A DNA stretch of 50,081 bases from positions 1-50,081 of the forward strand of contig CAZNZN010000004.1 in assembly GCA_964577515.1 (NCBI GenBank), read 5' to 3'. Shown in pieces: positions 8,460 through 16,297 of the stretch. A program made the translations under genes and the position numbers. The notes below the pieces were generated by a model. The model made no database searches and was not told the origin of the DNA. It worked only from the letters and a program-made list of their open reading frames with translations. Position 1 is the stretch's first letter, and the number at the start of each line of letters is the position of its first letter. The stretch is from an uncultured Candidatus Saccharibacteria bacterium. Lineage in GTDB: Bacteria; Patescibacteriota; Minisyncoccia; Phycocordibacterales; UBA9973.

Positions 8460-8468
8460 ACTATACCA
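8460..8468 (-). promoter_or_regulatory. Extended -10 promoter (TGgTATAGT) of the aspS leader
   Basis: Minus-strand TGGTATAGT lies immediately downstream of the preceding terminator. Confidence 0.55.
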
Positions 8469-8480
8469 AAATTTCACAAT

Positions 8481-8505
8481 AAAAAAAGCCCCGGAATGTC
8501 GGGGC
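8481..8505 (-). terminator. Intrinsic terminator after the M16 peptidase gene
   Basis: Minus strand: GCCCCG-acattc-CGGGGC followed by TTTTTTT. Confidence 0.8.
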
Positions 8506-8513
8506 TTTTACAT

Positions 8514-9806
8514 TTATACAATTTTGTGGATTAGAACATCTTTTCCAGAAAGGGCTACGTACATCTGATCAAGGATAATATATTTTTTTAGTACTACATG
8601 TACTTCAGCTGCGGTATATGTACGGCGGTAGTTGTATACATCTGGATACGTATCATGGAGTGGACTTTTAGGAGGATAGAGTTCGTCATAATCAAACACT
8701 TCTACCCAGTCACTGGCTCGCTCCATATTTCGACGAGCAGCAAACCACAATGTATCTACCTTATCGTCGATTTCTTTCTGAGAAATTCCTTCATCAAGCA
8801 GCTCTTGATAACACTCCCTTACTGCAGTAAGTGCTTCTAAAACTTTTCCTTCTGGTACTCCGAGTTGAGTTCCTAAATACTGTGTGTGCTCTTTAAATCC
8901 CATTCCAAATTTCCCAAGTGAGTACGCCAACCCTCGCTCGTTGCGAATCTTTTTGTAAAACCTAGAAGTAAACCCCTCATGTGCGATTCGAAGTGCAAAA
9001 TTAAGTAGATGGTCTTCCTTGCTTCCTATCTGTGGACCTTGAAACATGCATGCAATGTTTGTTTGGGGAACATTTTGCTCATATAAAATAGGCGCAGTAC
9101 TTTCAAGTACATCTGGATCCTCAGGAAGTTCATGTAACTTACCATGTTGAAATGAAATTGTTCCAAACGTTTGCTCAACTAAATCCAAAGTGCAGCCACC
9201 TGCAACAACAAGCACCATATTTTCTACTGTACAGTACGTACGAAAAAACGCTTCAACATCTTGTATAGAAAAACGAGAGACTGTCTCTGGAGTACCGAGC
9301 ACTGGGCGCCCCCACGGAGTATCTCCTGCTACCACTTTAGCAATGTGCCAATACGAGTTATAGTCTGGCTTTGATCGAGCTTTCTCTATTTCTGAGATCA
9401 CAACACTTTTTTCTTTCTTAAGAAGTTCTTCAGTAAGATAGATACTTGAGAGTGCGTGTTGAAAATATTGCCGCATATTATCCAGATGCTCCGGGAGTGA
9501 TATTTCACATTCAACAGACATATACCCTATCCCTGTTGTTGCATTCCAATACCCCCCTATAGATTCAAGGAGTCCTGAGAAAGCTTCAATCGATAACTCC
9601 TTTGAGCCTGACGCAATGATATGTTCAGTAAAGTGAGCAAGCCCCTCTTTACCAATAGGATCAAACACCGCTCCTGCACGCATCATGATTTTTGCGTGGA
9701 TTGGCGCGAAAGGTTTTTCAATAAATACAAATCGAAGTCCATTTAAAAGAACGCCCTCTCTTCGGGTGACTCCAAAATCAGCAAGTGAGTAAGATTCTTT
9801 TTTCAT
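8514..9806 (-). CDS. M16 (insulinase/pitrilysin) family zinc peptidase
   Basis: HxxEH zinc motif HFTEH near the N-terminus. 430 aa with a two-domain M16 layout. Confidence 0.8.
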   Translation of the reverse strand: MKKESYSLADFGVTRREGVLLNGLRFVFIEKPFAPIHAKIMMRAGAVFDPIGKEGLAHFTEHIIASGSKELSIEAFSGLLESIGGYWNATTGIGYMSVECEISLPEHLDNMRQYFQHALSSIYLTEELLKKEKSVVISEIEKARSKPDYNSYWHIAKVVAGDTPWGRPVLGTPETVSRFSIQDVEAFFRTYCTVENMVLVVAGGCTLDLVEQTFGTISFQHGKLHELPEDPDVLESTAPILYEQNVPQTNIACMFQGPQIGSKEDHLLNFALRIAHEGFTSRFYKKIRNERGLAYSLGKFGMGFKEHTQYLGTQLGVPEGKVLEALTAVRECYQELLDEGISQKEIDDKVDTLWFAARRNMERASDWVEVFDYDELYPPKSPLHDTYPDVYNYRRTYTAAEVHVVLKKYIILDQMYVALSGKDVLIHKIV

Positions 9807-9865
9807 ATTTCTGAACTATAGCAAATCTTAAAAAAACTTTTTAAATAGATATAACTGGTTTTTAC

Positions 9866-10519
9866 TTATTTTTTAATAGCAATAACGTTTATGTGATGCC
9901 AGTGTTTTGGTTTGTAATCTGGATCATTTTTAGCAAGAGCTTTCTTTTGGGCAAAATCTTCTGGTTCATCGTGCTCATCCTCCTCGAAAACTTCAATAGA
10001 TAATCCGCCCAAAAGTCGCTCTAGTGTGTCTTTTTCAAACCCTATTTTTGTACCAGCTTTTACCCAATCATCATGAGCTCCTATAAAGTTTGCACATAGT
10101 ACCCCTTTGTGTTTTGTTATTCTCTTTAAATTTTCTAAGATAAAAATAAGCTGCGGTTTTGTAAAATGAAAAAGTATATTCTGTGCATTTACTACATCAA
10201 ATGTTTCTGACTCAAAATCAATCGCCCCAGCGGGTTTTGAAAGCATTGAAAACTTTGGGTGATGTATTTTTTCAGCAATAGCTACAGAAGACGGCGAAGG
10301 ATCGACGGCTACTACTTCAAACCCCTGATCAAGAAGGAATTTTGTATCTCTCAAATTACCTGCACCAACATCAAGCGCCTTATTTTTCTCAGTACAATAT
10401 TTTATTACTGCAACCTCAAGATTTTTTGTATGAGATTTCTCGCCAATCATTTCGTAGTAACCACCCCAGTCATACCAGATTTTTTCATTATTGTCTTTTT
10501 TTTGGGGATTTTCTTCCAT
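9866..10519 (-). CDS. Class I SAM-dependent methyltransferase (TehB-like)
   Basis: Motif I ALDVGAGNLRDTKFLLDQGFEVVAVDPS. The start lies 1 nt after the trpS stop. Confidence 0.75.
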   Translation of the reverse strand: MEENPQKKDNNEKIWYDWGGYYEMIGEKSHTKNLEVAVIKYCTEKNKALDVGAGNLRDTKFLLDQGFEVVAVDPSPSSVAIAEKIHHPKFSMLSKPAGAIDFESETFDVVNAQNILFHFTKPQLIFILENLKRITKHKGVLCANFIGAHDDWVKAGTKIGFEKDTLERLLGGLSIEVFEEDEHDEPEDFAQKKALAKNDPDYKPKHWHHINVIAIKK

Positions 10520-10520
10520 A

Positions 10521-11501
10521 CTAGCTAGTCAAACCTACCGCTTCATATACTGCTTGAAGTTTGTTCATCGCGACGTCGTTCGCACGCATTGCACCTTTGA
10601 GGAGGATTTCATCGACAAGCTTTGCATCGTCTTCATACTTCTTGCGGCGCTCACGCATAGGAGTAACAAACTCGATAATATCTTTTACCAACATTTTTTT
10701 TGCATCACCATAGCCAAGCCCTTGTGTGTATTGTGCACGAAGTTCTTTTGAATCATTAAAAAGTTTATGGATTTGATACAAGATAAGATCGTCAGGATTT
10801 TTCTCTTCTTCTGGGCGACGTGAGTCTGTAGGAATACTCATCACCGCTTTTTGTATCTCTTCATCAGTTGCAAAGAGTGGGATCGTGTTGTTGTAGCTCT
10901 TGCTCATCTTCTGACCATCAGTGCCGGGAACCGTGGCAACATGCTCCATGATGAGCTCTGTTGGAAGCTTGAAGAGATCACCATACTGATAGTTGAACTT
11001 CCCTGCAATATCTCGCGCATACTCTATGTGTTGTTTTTGATCCTTCCCTACTGGAACTACATCCGTGTCATATAAAAGAATGTCGGAAGCCATAAGTACC
11101 GGATAGTCAAAGGTTCCCACATTGACCTCTCGACCTTTTGCCTCTGCATCTTTGAAAGCGTGCGCTCGTTCAAGGTATGGCACGGTCACCAGTGTGTTGA
11201 AGATGACAGTGAGGTTTGCATGTGCGGGAACAGATGACTGCTTGAAGAGGACTACTTTTTCAGGATCGAGTCCTGCGCCAAGGTAGTCAAGAACGAGGTT
11301 TCGTGTGTCTGAAAGCATCACCTCTTTTGTAGGAAGCGCGTTGAGTGCATGAAGATCAGCAATCATCACAAATGTTTCGTACTGATCCTGAAGGTCTACA
11401 AACTGCTTGAGCGCGCCAAAATAGTTGCCGATATGGACACGGCCTGTTGGTTTGATCCCTGAGAGGAGTCGTTTTTTACCTTGAGATACTGTGGATTTCA
11501 T
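10521..11501 (-). CDS. trpS: Tryptophanyl-tRNA synthetase
   Basis: GIKPTGRVHIGNYFGAL (HIGH region) and KMSKS, about 326 aa. The start is set to the third codon (MKST) because TGgTACTAT lies exactly 6 nt upstream. Confidence 0.9.
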   Translation of the reverse strand: MKSTVSQGKKRLLSGIKPTGRVHIGNYFGALKQFVDLQDQYETFVMIADLHALNALPTKEVMLSDTRNLVLDYLGAGLDPEKVVLFKQSSVPAHANLTVIFNTLVTVPYLERAHAFKDAEAKGREVNVGTFDYPVLMASDILLYDTDVVPVGKDQKQHIEYARDIAGKFNYQYGDLFKLPTELIMEHVATVPGTDGQKMSKSYNNTIPLFATDEEIQKAVMSIPTDSRRPEEEKNPDDLILYQIHKLFNDSKELRAQYTQGLGYGDAKKMLVKDIIEFVTPMRERRKKYEDDAKLVDEILLKGAMRANDVAMNKLQAVYEAVGLTS

Positions 11502-11562
11502 GTGCATATAGTACCAAAAATAGTGGATTTTTCCCAGGCGCTCAAAGTGCTACAATGAGTCC

Positions 11563-12948
11563 ATGGCAAAAACAGACCTCTCTCAACTGCGCATCCCTCC
11601 TCACTCACTTGAAAGTGAGCAAGCAGTACTCGGTGCGCTCATGCTCCGTCCTTCTGCAATGCACGAGATCAACGACCTCCTCACCCCAGACATGTTCTAC
11701 GCAAAAAAACATGCAACTATTTTCCAAGTGATGCTGGAACTCTCTGGAAGAAGTGAGCCTATCGATGTGCTTTCTGTTGCTGCAAAATTAAAAGAGAAGA
11801 AACAAATCAATGAAGTAGGTGGCAACCCCTACCTCAACGAGCTCATGGAAAACGTACCTTCTACGGTGAATGTCCGTCACTATGCAGACCTTGTATATAA
11901 AAAATATATTTTACGCAGTCTTATCGATGCTTCTGAAGCTATCGCAACACAAGCATACGCGGATGCAGATCAAGACGTGGCAACAATTCTCGATGGTGCA
12001 GAAAAAAGTATTTTCCGCGTATCATCATCAATGAATGTCAAAAATGCTTTTGTATCAATCAAACAATCAATCTTTGAAACAGTCGAACAGATAGAACACC
12101 TCCACGCACACAAAGACGAAGTGCGCGGTGTCCCTACTGGGTACCCAGATCTCGACAACCTCATTGCAGGATTTCAAAAATCCGACCTCATCATTCTGGC
12201 AGCGCGACCAAGTATGGGGAAGACGACCTTTGCACTTGATATCGTGCGTAACGTCGCACTTTCTGGAAGACCTGTTGGTATTTTCTCACTTGAAATGTCT
12301 GCACAACAGCTCGTGCAGCGTATGCTCTCTGCGGAGTCGCGTGTCGATGCCTGGAGTATCCGCACAGGACACGGCCTTTCGACACAGCACTTCACTGCAC
12401 TCCAAGAAGCAGCGTCTCGTCTACAAAAAGCGCCTATCTATATCGACGACCAGGCGGGTAACTCTATCGTAAAGATGAAATCTGTCGCACGTCGTCTCAA
12501 AGCAGAACACGGGCTTGAGCTTATCATTGTTGACTACCTACAACTCATGACTACCAATAAAAACTACGACAGCATGGTCAATCAAGTCACTGAAATATCT
12601 CGTTCCCTCAAGCAACTCGCTCGTGAGCTTGATGTCCCTGTGCTTGCACTCTCGCAGCTCTCTCGTGCCGTCGAAAGCCGTGGTGGACGCCCTCGCCTTT
12701 CAGACCTCCGTGACTCTGGATCTATCGAACAGGACGCTGACCTTGTGATGTTTCTTCATCGCGAAGACCGCTATAAGGAACAGGCGGAAAAAGACAATAT
12801 TACCGAGATCCTTATTGAAAAGCACCGTAACGGACCGGTCGGTATGGTTCAGATGTACTTCGATATGAAAACAACATCGTTTATCTCTATCGACAAATCT
12901 CAATACACAGCACCTCAACAAAAAGCAAAATCGCTTGATGAATTTTAA
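11563..12948 (+). CDS. dnaB: Replicative DNA helicase
   Basis: PPHSLESEQAVLGALM at the N-terminus, Walker A ARPSMGKTTFAL, LELIIVDYLQLM and SQLSRAVE motifs. Confidence 0.95.
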   Translation: MAKTDLSQLRIPPHSLESEQAVLGALMLRPSAMHEINDLLTPDMFYAKKHATIFQVMLELSGRSEPIDVLSVAAKLKEKKQINEVGGNPYLNELMENVPSTVNVRHYADLVYKKYILRSLIDASEAIATQAYADADQDVATILDGAEKSIFRVSSSMNVKNAFVSIKQSIFETVEQIEHLHAHKDEVRGVPTGYPDLDNLIAGFQKSDLIILAARPSMGKTTFALDIVRNVALSGRPVGIFSLEMSAQQLVQRMLSAESRVDAWSIRTGHGLSTQHFTALQEAASRLQKAPIYIDDQAGNSIVKMKSVARRLKAEHGLELIIVDYLQLMTTNKNYDSMVNQVTEISRSLKQLARELDVPVLALSQLSRAVESRGGRPRLSDLRDSGSIEQDADLVMFLHREDRYKEQAEKDNITEILIEKHRNGPVGMVQMYFDMKTTSFISIDKSQYTAPQQKAKSLDEF

Positions 12949-12960
12949 TCCTTATCAATC

Positions 12961-13548
12961 ATGGAAGACCGTATTGAACAACTTGCGCGACTATTTCTGA
13001 AGTTCCCTGGTATTGGCACTCGTCAAGCTCGCCGTTTTGCACACTTCATCCTTTCACAACAAGAAAGCTACGTAAAAAATCTTGCAAGTACACTTGTCGA
13101 AGTTCGCGCGCAGGCACACACTTGCGCAGCGTGTTTTCGTATATACGAAGGAACTCCTGGACTATGCTCTCTTTGTTCCGACACTACACGAGATAAAAAT
13201 ACTATCGTTGTAGTAGAGAAAAGTACTGATATTGAAGCTTTTCTAAAGACCGACTATCGAGGAGTCTTTTTTGTCCTTGGCGGACTGATCCCTATTGTTC
13301 AAAAGAATGTGGTTGATGGAACAAACGCAGAAGCATTGATTGCTCGTATAAAAAAAGATACAACAAGTGAAATAATCCTCGCTTTTCCTATTACTCCAAA
13401 CGGTGACCATACTGATACTGTTATTCGTGAAATGCTTTCGCCGTATCCAAACGAAATCAACAGCTTGGGGCGAGGACTCTCTATTGGGACAGAGCTTGAG
13501 TATGCCGACCCTGCTTCCCTTTCAGCCTCATTGAAAAAAAGAGAATAA
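12961..13548 (+). CDS. recR: Recombination protein RecR
   Basis: LKFPGIGTRQARRFAHFIL helix-hairpin-helix, a C4 zinc finger CAACFRIYEGTPGLCSLC and a Toprim region. Confidence 0.92.
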   Translation: MEDRIEQLARLFLKFPGIGTRQARRFAHFILSQQESYVKNLASTLVEVRAQAHTCAACFRIYEGTPGLCSLCSDTTRDKNTIVVVEKSTDIEAFLKTDYRGVFFVLGGLIPIVQKNVVDGTNAEALIARIKKDTTSEIILAFPITPNGDHTDTVIREMLSPYPNEINSLGRGLSIGTELEYADPASLSASLKKRE

Positions 13549-13577
13549 AAAAAGTCTCCATACGGAGACTTTTTTTA
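13547..13577. terminator. Bidirectional intrinsic terminator (recR / rplU)
   Basis: A-run, GTCTCC-atac-GGAGAC, T-run. Confidence 0.8.
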
Positions 13578-13934
13578 TTATTTGATAGCAGTGATCGTCA
13601 CTTTGAAGTATGGTTGTCGGTGACCGTTTTTCTTGAAGTATCGTGACTTTTGCTTGTACTTGATCACGGTTACTTTTGGAGCACGTCCTACAACAGCGAT
13701 TTCTCCCTCTACCTTTGCACCTGCAATCATTGGTGTTCCAATAACAGTGTCTTTTCCGTTGTCAGTAAGAAGGACCTGGTCGAAAGATACCTTGTCTCCC
13801 TTTTTGTATCCACCTTTGAGCTTTTCAATCTTGATCACCTCACCCACTGCTACGCGGTATTGTTTACCACCAGTCTTAATAACGGCGAATTCACTTGCAG
13901 GGGTCTTTTTTGTTGTTGTTTTTGCTGTTGCCAT
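13578..13934 (-). CDS. rplU: 50S ribosomal protein L21
   Basis: FAVIKTGGKQYRVAVGEVIKIEKL signature, 118 aa. Confidence 0.93.
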   Translation of the reverse strand: MATAKTTTKKTPASEFAVIKTGGKQYRVAVGEVIKIEKLKGGYKKGDKVSFDQVLLTDNGKDTVIGTPMIAGAKVEGEIAVVGRAPKVTVIKYKQKSRYFKKNGHRQPYFKVTITAIK

Positions 13935-13957
13935 AGAAATATATAGTTGCGAGAAGC

Positions 13958-14006
13958 ATTATACCGAAATACTGATATTTTGCAACACCCCCAAAGATGG
14001 TACAAT
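13958..14006. promoter_or_regulatory. Divergent rplU / corA promoters sharing one palindromic TTGCAA -35 hexamer
   Basis: Minus strand: TTGCAA (13985-13980), 16 nt, TATAAT (13963-13958). Plus strand: the same TTGCAA (13980-13985), 15 nt, TGgTACAAT (-10 at 14001-14006). Confidence 0.5.
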
Positions 14007-14012
14007 ACCATC

Positions 14013-14930
14013 ATGATTTCTCGGTATACCTACCACGATATTACATGGGTGGACGTCCAATCTCCCACCAAAGAAGAGCTTGCGCACCTCGTAGAAGAAT
14101 TCTCTATTCCTCCTCTTGTAGCAGAAGAAACTATTTCAAACACACTCCACGCAAAAGTAGAACTCTACGACGATCTTATCTATATGATCCTCCACTTTCC
14201 GCCTTCACGTCGAGCAACCCAAGGGGCAACAGAGCAAGAAGTAGACTTTATCATTGGAAAAAAGTTTATTATTACCGCACACTACGAACCTATCTATCCT
14301 ATAGAACAGTTTGCAAGCCTTTTTGAGTCTCACGCGACATTTGAGCACGAAAAAAAGATTGTGCACGGAGGATTCCTCTTTGTTGAAATGATGAAGCAGT
14401 TTTATAAACATTCCCTTCACAAGCTCGATGACATCACAAGAACAATAAAAGAAGTCGAGTACTACATTTTCAATGGAAAAGAAGAAACAATGGTCAAAAG
14501 AATATCTGATACGGGCAAACGACTCCTCGACTTCAAACAAGCCCTTCGATTCCATGGAGATATTTTAAAATCATATGAAAGTGCAAGTGCAAAACTCTTT
14601 GGCGAAGAGTACCGCTACTATGCAGAAATAGTGACTTCAGAATTTAACAAAGTAAATACTTTGCTCGAAAGTGATCGTGACGCACTGACAGAACTCCAGC
14701 GAACTAACGACTCACTGCTTTCAACGAAGACAAACGACACCATGCGCACGTTTACCATCATGACGTTTGTTCTTACACCGCTTATGCTTATCACAGGTGT
14801 CTTTGGGATGAACACCGCTGATGACCTTCTCTTTATTCACGATAAAGCAGACTTTTTCTTTGTTCTTGGAGCAATGGTGATCACTGGACTTATTATGTTC
14901 TTATTCTTCAAAGTACGAAAATGGCTCTAA
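14013..14930 (+). CDS. corA: CorA-family magnesium/cobalt transporter
   Basis: GVFGMN motif before the last TM segment. The start is set to MISRYTYHD because the -10 TACAAT lies 6 nt upstream and the longer ORF overlaps the promoter. Confidence 0.88.
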   Translation: MISRYTYHDITWVDVQSPTKEELAHLVEEFSIPPLVAEETISNTLHAKVELYDDLIYMILHFPPSRRATQGATEQEVDFIIGKKFIITAHYEPIYPIEQFASLFESHATFEHEKKIVHGGFLFVEMMKQFYKHSLHKLDDITRTIKEVEYYIFNGKEETMVKRISDTGKRLLDFKQALRFHGDILKSYESASAKLFGEEYRYYAEIVTSEFNKVNTLLESDRDALTELQRTNDSLLSTKTNDTMRTFTIMTFVLTPLMLITGVFGMNTADDLLFIHDKADFFFVLGAMVITGLIMFLFFKVRKWL

Positions 14931-16297
14931 CACTCTACAACACAAAGTCTCGCTCAAACGAAGTATTCACTCCACTTTCTGACAATGAAGTGACTATGTA
15001 CGCATGCGGGCCCACTGTCTATGACTACACACATATAGGGCATATGCGTAAATATGTTGGGGATGACATCCTCCGAAGGACACTTACCTATCTTGGATAC
15101 AATGTAAAACACGTCATGAATATCACTGACGTGGGACATCTGAGCGATGATGCAGACACTGGTGAAGACAAACTCGAAAAAGGTGCGCTTCGTGAAGGAA
15201 AATCTGTATGGGAAGTAGCGCAGTATTACACTGAGTACTTCGAAGCGACAATGCGCGCGATCCACGTACTCCCTCCTGCTGTTACCTCTAAAGCAACTGA
15301 CCATATACAACAAATGATCACGCTCAATGAGCAGCTTGTCGAAAAAGGCTTTGCGTACGAAACAGCGCAGGCATTGTATTTCGATGTAACAAAAGATCCA
15401 CACTATGGAGAACTCTCAGGACAAAAGCTTTCTGAAAAAACTACTGGAGCTCGTGATGAAGTTGTGGAAGATCCCGAAAAACGACACCCTGCTGATTTTT
15501 CTCTCTGGTTTAAACGTGTTGGAAAGTTCAAAGATCACACGATGCACTGGCCTTCTCCATGGGGAGACGGATTCCCTGGGTGGCACATCGAATGTAGTGC
15601 AATGAGTATGCACTATCTTGGAGACACTATCGATATACACACCGGTGGTATCGACCATATCCCTGTGCACCACGAAAATGAGATCGCACAAAGCGAATGC
15701 GCCACCGGACATCAGTTTGTACGGTACTGGGTACATCATGCATTTCTCAACGTTGATGGTGAGAAAATGAGTAAGAGTAAGGGAAACTTTTATACTATCG
15801 AAGATATACAAGCAAAAGGAATTGACCCTCTCGCAACACGGTTACTCTTTATGCAGACAAGCTACCGAAAGCCATTGAACTTCACTTGGGAAAGCCTTGC
15901 TGCAGCAAACAAACTTCTTAAAAAAATCCAACGCTTTGTAGCTACACAAAAGAAAAGTGGTGTTGTATCAAAAGAATATGTTGCACAATTTACTGAAGGA
16001 CTATGTGACGACCTCAATACCGCAAAAGCACTTTCTGTTGTATGGTCCCTCCTGAACGATTCGCACATAGAAGATATAGATAAAGCTGCAACACTGCTGT
16101 CTTTTGATCAAGTACTCGGTTTCGGGCTTGCAGAAGTGACACCCCTTGAGATCAGTGAAGAAGCAAAAATACTCGTTGTACAACGCGATGCTGCCCGTCA
16201 GGCGAAAGACTGGGTAAAATCGGATACGCTTCGAGATGAACTTATCGCCTTGGGATACGAAGTACTCGACACCCCTGAAGGAACAGTGCTCAACTAA
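14921..16297 (+). CDS. cysS: Cysteinyl-tRNA synthetase
   Basis: YACGPTVYDYTHIGHMR (HIGH), WHIECS and KMSKSKGN. The start overlaps the corA stop by 10 nt. Confidence 0.95.
   Translation: MALTLYNTKSRSNEVFTPLSDNEVTMYACGPTVYDYTHIGHMRKYVGDDILRRTLTYLGYNVKHVMNITDVGHLSDDADTGEDKLEKGALREGKSVWEVAQYYTEYFEATMRAIHVLPPAVTSKATDHIQQMITLNEQLVEKGFAYETAQALYFDVTKDPHYGELSGQKLSEKTTGARDEVVEDPEKRHPADFSLWFKRVGKFKDHTMHWPSPWGDGFPGWHIECSAMSMHYLGDTIDIHTGGIDHIPVHHENEIAQSECATGHQFVRYWVHHAFLNVDGEKMSKSKGNFYTIEDIQAKGIDPLATRLLFMQTSYRKPLNFTWESLAAANKLLKKIQRFVATQKKSGVVSKEYVAQFTEGLCDDLNTAKALSVVWSLLNDSHIEDIDKAATLLSFDQVLGFGLAEVTPLEISEEAKILVVQRDAARQAKDWVKSDTLRDELIALGYEVLDTPEGTVLN

Noticed and set aside
8285-8482. 65-aa plus-strand ORF between aspS and the peptidase gene
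   Set aside because: It coincides with the minus-strand T-box leader, whose conserved sequence and alternative helices explain the region better.
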